In this document: positions 9,326-17,464 of the stretch, one piece after another
Position numbering within the stretch: the stretch's first letter is position 1
Layout: the number at the start of each line of letters is the position of its first letter
NCBI GenBank assembly: GCA_002952755.1
Contig: CP025011.1
Location: 690,001 to 722,000 of the forward strand
Direction of reading: 5' to 3'
From: Candidatus Saccharimonadota bacterium
Lineage (GTDB): Bacteria > Patescibacteriota > Saccharimonadia > Saccharimonadales > UBA4665
Length of the DNA: 32,000 nt
Translations under genes and position numbers: made by a program
The notes under the pieces: generated by a model
The model's database searches: none
What the model was told of the DNA's origin: nothing
What the model saw: the letters and a program-made list of their open reading frames with translations, nothing else

Positions 9326-9432
9326 CGGTTGGCGGCGGCGGTGCCAGTGCACTGCCTTTCAAGCTGGATGCAGTCGTCTGCTCAGCCTGGTCGTACGATG
9401 TGCCAACGTACCGCGACACTAACGGTCCTCGA

Positions 9433-9450
9433 GCGCGATAACTATCGCGC
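9433..9450. other. 8-2-8 perfect palindrome GCGCGATA-ac-TATCGCGC (weak terminator or binding site)
   Basis: Seen directly in the sequence, 108 nt downstream of the ABC exporter stop. No U-tract follows it. Confidence 0.3.
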
Positions 9451-9497
9451 CTCTAACGCTAGAATGGTGCATATTTCGGCAACGCTCAATGTAATAT

Positions 9498-9514
9498 ATT
9501 CAACGACGTTGAAT
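9498..9514. promoter_or_regulatory. 17-bp perfect palindrome, candidate TetR operator overlapping a -35-like hexamer
   Basis: The palindrome reads ATTCAACG-a-CGTTGAAT. Its right half contains TTGAAT (9509-9514), which is followed 17 nt later by TATGCT (9532-9537), 8 nt before the tetR ATG at 9546. No SD lies upstream of tetR. Confidence 0.5.
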
Positions 9515-9545
9515 TATCGAGTGAACCGTACTATGCTTATGATTA

Positions 9546-10166
9546 ATGGATACAGCTACTAAAAAGGCAGGTAGGCGGCCCGGGCAGAATAAGACAAAAG
9601 CAAAGATTATTGTTGCCGCTGAAGCACTATTCACCAAAGAGGGCTTCGATCACACGACAATCCGGTCTATTGCGAAGCACGCTGAAGTCGACCCCGCCCT
9701 TGTTATGCACTACTTCGGCAGCAAGCAGGAGTTATTTATAGAGGCCATGGCGCCATCGCAGCAGATGCCCCGCAAAATCGCGCAAGAGCTTACGCGGGGC
9801 GATCCAGAAACAATGGGCTTCCGCTTGGCTACGCTTTTCGTGTGTATGCTAGAGGCGAGGTCTACGGGTCATGTGGTGGTGAATGTTCTTAAGGCAGCGG
9901 TGCGTATCCCCGGTGCTGCAGCCCTCCTAAAAACAATATTGGTGCGACCGATATTAAAAGCCTTTAAGGAGTCCACATTCGATCATGCCGAATTGCGAGC
10001 GACGCTTGCACAATCACAGCTTGTTGGCATTGTGTTGACTCGCTATATAATCAAGATCGAACCGCTTGCCTCACTGCCGTCCAACGAGCTTATAGAGTGC
10101 ATCGCGCCTACCTTACAGAGATATTTGACTGGTAATTTGAACGGTAATCGAAAGGAGATTTTATGA
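9546..10166 (+). CDS. TetR/AcrR family transcriptional regulator
   Basis: 206 aa. The N-terminal HTH is FTKEGFDHTTIRSIAKHAEVDPALVMHYFGSKQELF. A 4-nt overlap (ATGA) joins it to the downstream ABC ATPase. Confidence 0.9.
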   Translation: MDTATKKAGRRPGQNKTKAKIIVAAEALFTKEGFDHTTIRSIAKHAEVDPALVMHYFGSKQELFIEAMAPSQQMPRKIAQELTRGDPETMGFRLATLFVCMLEARSTGHVVVNVLKAAVRIPGAAALLKTILVRPILKAFKESTFDHAELRATLAQSQLVGIVLTRYIIKIEPLASLPSNELIECIAPTLQRYLTGNLNGNRKEIL

Positions 10167-10891
10167 GCGGTTCGGCTGTCCAGGTAAAGGATGTATCTGT
10201 CGTACTTGGCGGTTATTATCATGCCCTGAAACATGTAAGTGTCGATATACCGGCAGGCAAAGTGGTCGGCTTCATTGGTCCGTCGGGGGCGGGCAAAACA
10301 ACACTCATCCGGAGCATCGTTGGGAGGCAACGGCTTTCCAGCGGTAGTATAACGATCGATGGCCTGCCGGCTGGCTCGGCAAAACTTCGTTCGCAGATGA
10401 GTTATATGACCCAGGAAGCGTCCGTATATAATGACCTCACCGTTCAGGAAAATCTCCAGTATTTCGCAACCATGTTCGGTATACCTTCGAAAGAGGTGAG
10501 TGAAGCCGTTTCGAGCATTTTGCGTACCGTTGATATGGCAGACCATGCGAGACAACTTGTCGATAAGCTGTCAGGAGGGCAAAAACAGCGTGTCTCGCTT
10601 GCCATTGCGTTAATTGGCTATCCCAAACTAATGGTGCTCGACGAGCCTACTGTTGGGCTTGATCCTGTTCTGCGCGAGCAACTCTGGCGACTATTTCGAG
10701 AGCTGACCGCGAAGGGAACGACGCTTATTATTTCAAGTCATGTTATGGATGAGGCTGAACGATGTGATGACCTTTTGCTGATTCGTAATGGCGAGCTGCT
10801 GGCACATGGATCCCCGAAAGCGCTCTGCGAGCAAACCAGCACATCGTCAGTCGAAGATAGTTTCCTTAAATTAGTAGGAGTGAAGGAATGA
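10163..10891 (+). CDS. ABC transporter ATP-binding protein (ABC-2/DrrA-like)
   Basis: 242 aa. Motifs are Walker A GPSGAGKTT, signature LSGGQKQRVSLA and Walker B MVLDEPTVGLD. Confidence 0.9.
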   Translation: MSGSAVQVKDVSVVLGGYYHALKHVSVDIPAGKVVGFIGPSGAGKTTLIRSIVGRQRLSSGSITIDGLPAGSAKLRSQMSYMTQEASVYNDLTVQENLQYFATMFGIPSKEVSEAVSSILRTVDMADHARQLVDKLSGGQKQRVSLAIALIGYPKLMVLDEPTVGLDPVLREQLWRLFRELTAKGTTLIISSHVMDEAERCDDLLLIRNGELLAHGSPKALCEQTSTSSVEDSFLKLVGVKE

Positions 10892-11625
10892 GTATTCGTA
10901 GGACACTAGCCACTGCAAAACGCGTATTGGGCCAACTCAGGCACGACCCACGGACTATTGGGTTAGTTATCATGGCGCCGATTTTGCTCATCACAATCTT
11001 AAAGTACGTTTTTCAGGACGAACCTCAAGTATTCGATACGGTTGCGCCTATGATGCTCGGTATCTTTCCGCTGCTTATGATGTTTCTTATCACGTCGATT
11101 GCGACGTTGCGGGAGCGAACGACCGGTACGCTAGATAGGCTAATGACTGAACCAATGTCGAAGCTTGACCTGGTGCTTGGTTATGCCCTGGCGTTCTCAT
11201 TATTTGCGCTTGTACAGGGTGCAGCAATTAGTTTCGTGACCCTCGGCCTGTTTGGCGTTACGGTTATGGGGGGCACAATCCCTATCCTTATCGCTGCCAT
11301 TCTTGCGGCCTTGCTGGGTATCGCACTCGGACTTTTCGTAAGCGCGTTTGCCACCAGTGAATTCCAGGCGGTACAGCTAGTTATTCCTACGGTATTTCCC
11401 CAAGTGCTGGTCTGCGGCCTATTCGCCCCGCGGGAACATATGGCTAAACTATTGCAATGGCTGGCCGACATATTCCCTGTGACCTATAGCGTTGACGCTA
11501 TGAAACAAGTGACTATTCATAGCCAGTGGGCTTCAGCGCTAACACGCGATATGATCGTGGTGGTTGGATATGCGGCCGTAGCCCTCATTCTAGGGTCGAT
11601 AACCATCCGACGCCAAGATACGTAG
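10888..11625 (+). CDS. ABC-2 type transporter permease
   Basis: 245 aa with about 6 TM segments. A 4-nt overlap joins it to the ATPase gene. The architecture is typical of ABC-2 (DrrB/YadH-like) permeases. Confidence 0.85.
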   Translation: MSIRRTLATAKRVLGQLRHDPRTIGLVIMAPILLITILKYVFQDEPQVFDTVAPMMLGIFPLLMMFLITSIATLRERTTGTLDRLMTEPMSKLDLVLGYALAFSLFALVQGAAISFVTLGLFGVTVMGGTIPILIAAILAALLGIALGLFVSAFATSEFQAVQLVIPTVFPQVLVCGLFAPREHMAKLLQWLADIFPVTYSVDAMKQVTIHSQWASALTRDMIVVVGYAAVALILGSITIRRQDT

Positions 11626-11761
11626 CACCAGTGAAGGGTAGTATCTCGGCATGTTACTAAGCCTACTTGCAATCGGGGCATGGTAGTGTGTAACAAGCTG
11701 GATGTAGTATCAATCTTCTTAAAGCCGCAATTAGACTCCTGCAATAACATGTCTTTACGGC

Positions 11762-11790
11762 TAGCCACGTGGCCCAGGTGTGCGTATAAT
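11762..11790 (+). promoter_or_regulatory. Candidate sigma70-type promoter (TAGCCA-17-TATAAT) for the FKBP gene
   Basis: Hexamers at 11762-11767 and 11785-11790. A 32-nt leader with SD GGAGGA precedes the ATG at 11823. Confidence 0.35.
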
Positions 11791-11822
11791 AATGCTATCT
11801 AGTAGGGATCGGAGGATAAGAG

Positions 11823-12392
11823 ATGGCGAAGACACGCCCCCGCGAACGCGTGATTGCGCTTATAATTGCAGTATTATTCTTTGTTTTTTCCTTTGGCCTC
11901 AGTTTTGTGGTCATTTGGCAACTGTACAAGAACAATAAGGAGGCAAAAACAGTGAATCAAACATCCACATCGAGCAACGCATCGAATAATTCGACAAGCC
12001 CCAATGGGCAGAGTGGCAAGCTGGAAGGTACGAAACTGGTTGGCTTTACTCCGGTAGCGCAGATTAGCAGTTTGCAAATGGTAGACCAACAAGTTGGCTC
12101 TGGCACTGAAGTGAAAGCCGGTGATACGGTCACGGTGCACTACACAGGCGCGGTAGCCGCTACCGGCATTATCTTTCAAAGCTCTTATGATACTGGTCAG
12201 CCGGTTAGCTTTCCGCTTGGTAATGTCATCCAGGGCTGGCAGAATGGCATTCCCGGTATGAAAGCGGGAGGCAAGCGCCGTTTGCTTATTCCTGCTGCCC
12301 AAGCGTATGGCGCAAATCCGCCCCAGGGTTCTGGCATTCCTGCGAATGCTGATTTGGTGTTCGACGTCACTCTGATCTCGATTGGCAAATAA
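11823..12392 (+). CDS. FKBP-type peptidyl-prolyl cis-trans isomerase, membrane-anchored
   Basis: 189 aa with an N-terminal TM helix and a Ser/Asn-rich linker. The FKBP core is VTVHYTGAVAATGIIFQSSYDTGQPVSFPLGNVIQGWQNGIPGMKAGGKRRLLIP. Confidence 0.9.
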   Translation: MAKTRPRERVIALIIAVLFFVFSFGLSFVVIWQLYKNNKEAKTVNQTSTSSNASNNSTSPNGQSGKLEGTKLVGFTPVAQISSLQMVDQQVGSGTEVKAGDTVTVHYTGAVAATGIIFQSSYDTGQPVSFPLGNVIQGWQNGIPGMKAGGKRRLLIPAAQAYGANPPQGSGIPANADLVFDVTLISIGK

Positions 12393-12417
12393 GAGAGCAA
12401 TTAGCGTAAAAAACACA

Positions 12418-12458
12418 ATATATAGCGCGTTGCGTATAGCATAAGCGCTATATATAAT
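12418..12458. promoter_or_regulatory. 11-bp perfect inverted repeat with TATAGC half-sites, overlapping a TATAAT box upstream of the grx-like/trxB operon
   Basis: The repeat reads ATATATAGCGC-(16 nt)-GCGCTATATAT (12418-12455). TATAGC occurs at 12421 and 12435, and inverted GCTATA at 12447. TATAAT lies at 12453-12458, 41 nt upstream of the ATG at 12500, with SD AAGGGAG in between. Confidence 0.35.
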
Positions 12459-12499
12459 AGACACATACAACAAAAGAAACACTTGTAGAAGGGAGAATC

Positions 12500-12751
12500 A
12501 TGGTCAAGAATATTACTGTTTTTACCACCAATACGTGCGCGTACTGCAGCATGGTTAAGAGGTGGTTGGACGCCAAGGGCTTTGGCTATGACGTAGTAAA
12601 TCTGGATCAAAATCCAGAGCGCCAGGCTGAAGCATTAAAGGCGAGCGGCGCCTTGACCGTCCCCGTCACCATTGTCACCAAGCATGACGACACCCAAGAA
12701 GTTATTGTGGGCTTTAATTTGGCCCGTTTGGCACCGGCAGTTGCTGCCTAA
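12500..12751 (+). CDS. Glutaredoxin-like protein (YruB/NrdH-like small thiol-disulfide oxidoreductase)
   Basis: 83 aa. A CAYC redox motif follows beta-1 (ITVFTTNTCAYCSMVKRWL), and TVPV is the cis-Pro loop region. Confidence 0.8.
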   Translation: MVKNITVFTTNTCAYCSMVKRWLDAKGFGYDVVNLDQNPERQAEALKASGALTVPVTIVTKHDDTQEVIVGFNLARLAPAVAA

Positions 12752-12778
12752 AAGTAAGAGAAAGATATAGATCAAAAT

Positions 12779-13777
12779 ATGGCAGAAGATCCAACACGCA
12801 CCAGCGCTCCCGTACATGATGTAATTATGATTGGCGCGGGTCCAGCGGCACTTACCGCCGCTATCTATACCACGCGCGAGGACATTGACACGGTGCTGTT
12901 CGAGCGCGGTGTGGTAGGCGGCTTGGCGGCCGTTACCGATTGGATCGATAACTATCCAGGCTTTCCAAAAGGTATTGCTGGCTTAGAGTATGCCGATTTG
13001 CTACGCGAACAAGCCGAGCGCTTCGGGGCTAAAATTGAACTTGGTGAAGTAACCGAAATTTCTGGTGAAGTAAAGGGCATTACGGACGAGGGTAAGTACA
13101 GGCGCCTGGAAACTACCGAAGGCGAAATGCTTGCCAAGGCGGTGCTCATTGCCACAGGCAGTGATTATAAAAAGATTGGCGTGCCGGGCGAGCAGGAATA
13201 TTATGCACGCGGCGTCCACTATTGTGCTACTTGCGATGGCGCCTTCTATAGAGACAAGCGTTTGGTGGTCGTTGGCGGTGGAAATTCGGCCGTGCAGGAA
13301 TCGATGTTCTTAACTAAATTTGCCTCGCACATCGACCTGTTAGTACGGAGTGATAGTATGCGCGCTTCCGAAATTTTGCAGCACGAGTTGTTCGAAAAGC
13401 ACAAAGATAAGATTACTGTGCACTTCAATACGACAACTGACGAAATCGTTGGCACTGACGATAAAGTGACCAAGGTAATAGGTACTGATACGACAACAGG
13501 CAAAAAGATGGAGTATGAAACCGACGGTGTTTTCGTGTTCGTTGGTCTCAAGCCAAATACGGAATTTTTAGCAGACACGAACATCGAACTCGACGAACGA
13601 GGTCTCATCAAGAGTGATGAGCACTTGCAAACCTCGATGCCTGGCGTATTTGTGGCTGGCGATGTCCGCTCTGGTGCCACTATGCAGATCGCCAGCGCCA
13701 CTGGCGATGGGGCTACGGCCGCACTGCACATCCGTGAGTATCTCAACGAGCACGCTCGAACACACGGCGACTCCTGA
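12779..13777 (+). CDS. trxB: Thioredoxin-disulfide reductase
   Basis: 332 aa. Motifs are FAD-binding GAGPAALTAAIY, the redox-active CATCDG and NAD(P)H-binding GGGNSAVQE. Confidence 0.9.
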   Translation: MAEDPTRTSAPVHDVIMIGAGPAALTAAIYTTREDIDTVLFERGVVGGLAAVTDWIDNYPGFPKGIAGLEYADLLREQAERFGAKIELGEVTEISGEVKGITDEGKYRRLETTEGEMLAKAVLIATGSDYKKIGVPGEQEYYARGVHYCATCDGAFYRDKRLVVVGGGNSAVQESMFLTKFASHIDLLVRSDSMRASEILQHELFEKHKDKITVHFNTTTDEIVGTDDKVTKVIGTDTTTGKKMEYETDGVFVFVGLKPNTEFLADTNIELDERGLIKSDEHLQTSMPGVFVAGDVRSGATMQIASATGDGATAALHIREYLNEHARTHGDS

Positions 13778-13796
13778 GAATAGCTTCAGGGTGCAG

Positions 13797-13805
13797 TGCT
13801 ATACT
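13797..13805 (+). promoter_or_regulatory. Extended -10 box TGCTATACT upstream of the cupredoxin gene
   Basis: TGCTATACT is followed by a 22-nt leader with SD AAGGAG before the ATG at 13828. Confidence 0.4.
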
Positions 13806-13827
13806 GGGTTGGTAAGGAGCTTTTACT

Positions 13828-14331
13828 ATGAAAAAGGGGATTATTACAACAGCTATAGTAGTTGTTGTGGTTTTGGGCGTGGTCCTTATGGCATCTCAAA
13901 AGAAAGATTCGAACAAGGCTGCGAATGGTGCCGGATCTTCTACGCAGAACGGTTCGGCTACAAGTAATAATGGCTCTGCAGGAAATATGAGCACTATGAA
14001 CGGCGCTGATGGTACCCAGTCCAAACCGAGTTCCGCGCCAAGCCCATCATCTTCTAGCACAGGCGCTTCTCAAGCTACCTCCGAAAAAGTCGCTATCCAG
14101 AATTTCACCTTTTCACCCACCACCCTAACTGTCAAAAAAGGTGCGACGGTTACCTGGACGAATGACGATACTGTCCAACACACGGTGACGATTGACAGTG
14201 GTACTGGCCCTCATAGCCAACCCCTCAATAAAGGCGATACATACACATACACCTTTAGTGCAGTAGGTACCTACAAATATCACTGTTCATTCCACTCCAA
14301 TATGACAGCGTCAGTGACGGTCACGGAGTAG
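13828..14331 (+). CDS. Membrane-anchored cupredoxin (plastocyanin/amicyanin-like type-1 copper protein)
   Basis: 167 aa with an N-terminal TM anchor and a Ser/Asn/Gly-rich linker. The cupredoxin fold carries the ligand pattern VQHTV ... YHCSFHSNM (His, Cys, His, Met). Confidence 0.8.
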   Translation: MKKGIITTAIVVVVVLGVVLMASQKKDSNKAANGAGSSTQNGSATSNNGSAGNMSTMNGADGTQSKPSSAPSPSSSSTGASQATSEKVAIQNFTFSPTTLTVKKGATVTWTNDDTVQHTVTIDSGTGPHSQPLNKGDTYTYTFSAVGTYKYHCSFHSNMTASVTVTE

Positions 14332-14334
14332 GGG

Positions 14335-14886
14335 ATGAATCAGAAACTGAGCAAGGCTGATGAGCTGTTTTTTGTAGTTGATGAGAATGATCACCCTCGG
14401 GCATCTCTGCCTCGCAAGCTTGTACATGGACAAGGTGTTTGGCATAGGGTGTCCCACGTATGGATACAGAACGACAAAGGGCAGTTGCTCTGCCAGCAGC
14501 GTTCGCTAGACAAAGAATTGTTGCCGGGGTTTTGGGAATGTTTTTTCGGCGGACATATCCGGCCGAACGAAAGCTACGAACAGGCTGCTATCAGGGAGGC
14601 ATCCGAAGAGCTCGGTATTAATGTGGCTACCCGGGATTTACGGTTATGGAAAGTCTACAAGTTTTCTGACAACATGGGGTACAACAATGAGTTTATGGGT
14701 ATATTCATTATTGGCTGGAATGGCGCCATCAAAGATTTGACCTTTAATGATGGTGAGGTGGCCCAAGCAGCATGGAAAGACATTGCTGAAATTAAGCAAG
14801 CAATCCGTGAAAAAGGTGGTAGGAGCTGGACGAGCGTGGGCTACGAGTTACAGCTACTGGACGAACTTGAAGGCGAAAGGAACTAG
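14335..14886 (+). CDS. NUDIX hydrolase (Idi-like subfamily architecture)
   Basis: 183 aa with the Nudix box GGHIRPNESYEQAAIREASEELGI. It starts 3 nt after the cupredoxin stop. Confidence 0.8.
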   Translation: MNQKLSKADELFFVVDENDHPRASLPRKLVHGQGVWHRVSHVWIQNDKGQLLCQQRSLDKELLPGFWECFFGGHIRPNESYEQAAIREASEELGINVATRDLRLWKVYKFSDNMGYNNEFMGIFIIGWNGAIKDLTFNDGEVAQAAWKDIAEIKQAIREKGGRSWTSVGYELQLLDELEGERN

Positions 14887-14887
14887 C

Positions 14888-15370
14888 ATGAGCGATTATC
14901 ACGACAGACGAGCCAAAGAAATTCTGGGGAAGATTATTTACGCGACTGTTGCCACTGCCAGTAAAGCTGGCAAGCCGCATAATTCACCGGTTCGGTTTGA
15001 ATACGATGGAAACCTGAATATTTATTGGTTTTCTGATAAAGAGAACATTCATTCGCAAAATGTGCGAGAGAATGAAGATGTCTTTATTGTCATCTACGAC
15101 AGCACAGTACCAGAGGGTGAGGGCGAGGGTGTGTACTTTGAGGCCAAAGCATCCGAGGTGGCCGATCCTGAAGAAATCAACCGTGCGCGGCGCATCAAGA
15201 GAGGCGCTGACTTCCCCGGCGATGCCGACGACTTCTTAGGGAGCGCAATACGTAGGTGCTATAAAGCTGTGCCGCAGCGGGCGTGGATGAATGAGGCTCA
15301 AGTCGAAGACGGGAAGTTTATCCGGGATTTTCGGGTTGAGATTGCGCTAGACGTCTTGAAGTCCAGATAG
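14888..15370 (+). CDS. Pyridoxamine 5'-phosphate oxidase-like FMN-binding split-barrel protein
   Basis: 160 aa counted from the ATG at 14888, 1 nt after the NUDIX stop. The sequence RRAKEILGKIIYATVATASKAGKPHNSPVRFEYDGNLNIYWFS is typical of the PNPOx-like family. The longer ORF-track start at 14747 would overlap the NUDIX gene by 140 nt. Confidence 0.7.
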   Translation: MSDYHDRRAKEILGKIIYATVATASKAGKPHNSPVRFEYDGNLNIYWFSDKENIHSQNVRENEDVFIVIYDSTVPEGEGEGVYFEAKASEVADPEEINRARRIKRGADFPGDADDFLGSAIRRCYKAVPQRAWMNEAQVEDGKFIRDFRVEIALDVLKSR

Positions 15371-15416
15371 ATACGTCAGAGGCGCAAGAGTTGTCGAACT
15401 TGGATAGGCTTACACG

Positions 15417-16070
15417 CTACCCGGCATGAGGTGGCGGCGAGGTGGAAGTTTCGCGCAAGAACCAATGCATATCGTGGTGACTGAATTCGTCGTGCATGTC
15501 CTTATATTTTTCGTCCAGTATTTTGACCATCTTGCGTACTAAGCGATCTGGGTCGGTATCATAGATGACCAAATCGTTTTGCGGAGGGGGGAGTAGTTTC
15601 ATGAGGTCTGGGATGGCATCAGCAGTGCCGCCACTGCCAAGTAAGACGCCGCAGGGTTTATGGGCTTCGAGCGCCGAAGTAAATTCATGCAGTGAGCCAA
15701 ATCTTCCGCCAATAGTGAGGATAGCGTCGCTTGACTGGACCAAATACAGGTCGCGGCCAACATATGTCAGGCCGGTGAAATTAATAAAATCAAAGACATC
15801 GTACGGCAGTCGATATTTATGTACATGTTCCCTGAGTGACCCGGCGGGAGAAAAGCCAATGCTGGTGCCACCCTCTTCTTTTGCGCCGCGCGCGGCAAAG
15901 TAGGGCAAACCCACGGTGGCGCCGGTAGTGAGAATGTGCCCGGAGTGTGCGATAGCCCTGCCAAGTTCTTCTGCCATTTCGTGATCAGCTTTCACCGTTG
16001 GGCCGGCTGCCGCGCCGGAGACGCAGATAGAGTAGCGGAGGTACTTAAGATCGTTGAGGTCTGGTGCCAT
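15417..16070 (-). CDS. TIGR00725 / SLOG (LOG-like, lysine-decarboxylase-like) family protein
   Basis: 217 aa with a Rossmann-like fold. Family-type motifs are TTGATVGLPYFAARGAKEEGGTSIGFSP and IGGRFGSLHEF (a PGGxGTxxE-like motif). Confidence 0.7.
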   Translation of the reverse strand: MAPDLNDLKYLRYSICVSGAAAGPTVKADHEMAEELGRAIAHSGHILTTGATVGLPYFAARGAKEEGGTSIGFSPAGSLREHVHKYRLPYDVFDFINFTGLTYVGRDLYLVQSSDAILTIGGRFGSLHEFTSALEAHKPCGVLLGSGGTADAIPDLMKLLPPPQNDLVIYDTDPDRLVRKMVKILDEKYKDMHDEFSHHDMHWFLRETSTSPPPHAG

Positions 16071-16087
16071 GTATGTTTATCCTTATG

Positions 16088-17338
16088 CTAATTGTACGAT
16101 TCTTGCCCGGCGAACGCCAGGGATTCGGTTAATTCGCCCGCTAATTGTTGGTGTACAGCTGTTTCCAGGTTGGCCTGATTGAGGTAATGCATCATGAGTT
16201 CGTGCCAGACGGTGTCGCGGACAAAGTGAACAATGCGATCAGCAAAGGGGAGATGATTACAATAACCAAGCGCCACGTCGAGCACGTTGCAAGATACGAT
16301 TTCGCCCGCATGCAGGAGGCCTAAGGTCTCACTGCCTTGCCAGAATGCGAGCCTGGGGTCAAGTTTGGTGAGCAACTCCTCGCCGCTCGTCCACTGTAAA
16401 TCTTCCGGCTGCACGTGCGGTTCAAAAACTTCCGGGTGATACGAATCGGTAAAACGTGCGTAATAGCGTTGGATCATCCGCCATGGCACTGGCTGGTCGG
16501 CCAAGCGTGCTGACGTATAGGGCTCACTTATGGATGATTGCTGCAGGCGTTTGCCGAAATCAGGCTTTACCTGTTGCAGCTTAGCATATGAGCTGTGGGC
16601 ACGGATGCCATTCATCTCTTCGGAGAGGAGCAGGAGCGTGGTGATAGCTAAGCCGTCCACATCTTGTTCGATGGGCAGCAGGACGATGGCGCCAAGTTCA
16701 TGAAAGCTGAGGATGTTGTGTTTAGAAGCGCTGACATAATTTTGGGCTAACTTATGCCAGCGTGCGGTTGAAGGGTGGGTAATGGTGATAGGCGCGTCTT
16801 CGAAGTCGCTTGGGGTAAGTTTGCTGTATTGTTCCCTGAAAGCTTTATGCCACGAGCTGGGTTCTGCAATGAGTGCAGCGGCGTAGAGGTTGGCGGGAGT
16901 TTCGTGTTTGAGCATTGAGTCGGCCGACCTGTAGCCGAGTTGCTTCATGGCATTTTTAGGGATTTTCTTTTTGAGGAGTTTTTTGGCGACGCTCGTCTTG
17001 AGTACAAATGAAGTCGCTCTGTTAGCCGGCCTAGCGAAAAACTTTTGGATAGCGACAATAATATCCTCAGGAGAAACTCCTTCCGGGAGTGCAAGCGCTT
17101 GTCGGACGAGTAGCTCGTCGGCCTTGAGCCGTTGCTGGAGAGCTCCGTATAACTCCGGGCCAGTGGTGTCGTTAGGGTCGAGCCCTAGTTCGGCGATCTT
17201 GAGACGGGTACGCTGGATAATATCGGTGGTGACACGAATGTCGGTACTGGGGCCGCCTGCGGCATGCTCAAGCTCACGTATACTCTGGCTAAACGCCGGC
17301 TCAGTCGCCCCCAAGGCCCTCGACAGAAATTGTGTCAT
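16088..17338 (-). CDS. Hypothetical protein (416 aa), co-transcribed with the SLOG-family gene
   Basis: A long ORF whose stop lies 17 nt before the SLOG gene start. I chose the ATG at 17338 (MTQFLSRALG...) because the longest form (start 17542) would overlap the divergent gene at 17465 and its promoter. I recognise no family. Confidence 0.55.
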   Translation of the reverse strand: MTQFLSRALGATEPAFSQSIRELEHAAGGPSTDIRVTTDIIQRTRLKIAELGLDPNDTTGPELYGALQQRLKADELLVRQALALPEGVSPEDIIVAIQKFFARPANRATSFVLKTSVAKKLLKKKIPKNAMKQLGYRSADSMLKHETPANLYAAALIAEPSSWHKAFREQYSKLTPSDFEDAPITITHPSTARWHKLAQNYVSASKHNILSFHELGAIVLLPIEQDVDGLAITTLLLLSEEMNGIRAHSSYAKLQQVKPDFGKRLQQSSISEPYTSARLADQPVPWRMIQRYYARFTDSYHPEVFEPHVQPEDLQWTSGEELLTKLDPRLAFWQGSETLGLLHAGEIVSCNVLDVALGYCNHLPFADRIVHFVRDTVWHELMMHYLNQANLETAVHQQLAGELTESLAFAGQESYN

Positions 17339-17416
17339 ATCTACCCACCAGATTACCATAAGCGTTTGCGCCGGACAATTTATTGGCATGAGCGAATCCG
17401 GCATGCGTAAGCCACA

Positions 17417-17446
17417 TTGACCTACGGCTTGTCCTGCTCGTACAAT
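17417..17446 (+). promoter_or_regulatory. Candidate sigma70-type promoter TTGACC-18-TACAAT
   Basis: Hexamers at 17417-17422 and 17441-17446. An 18-nt leader with SD AAGAGG precedes the ATG at 17465. Confidence 0.45.
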
Positions 17447-17464
17447 AGGTAGTAAGAGGTATCT

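Noticed and set aside
11874-12482. 202-aa ORF on the minus strand overlapping the FKBP isomerase gene.
   Set aside because: It is fully antisense to a gene with clear family motifs. It has low-complexity, Arg/Cys-rich composition and no SD. It is a shadow ORF.
13246-13746. 166-aa minus-strand ORF inside trxB. Similar cases lie at 10043-10555, 27764-28279 and 24914-25375.
   Set aside because: All are antisense to genes with unambiguous catalytic motifs, and none has independent support.
14747-14887. The longer start (14747) proposed by the ORF track for the PNPOx-like gene.
   Set aside because: It would overlap the NUDIX gene by 140 nt in another frame. The ATG at 14888, directly after the NUDIX stop, gives a normal-length family member.
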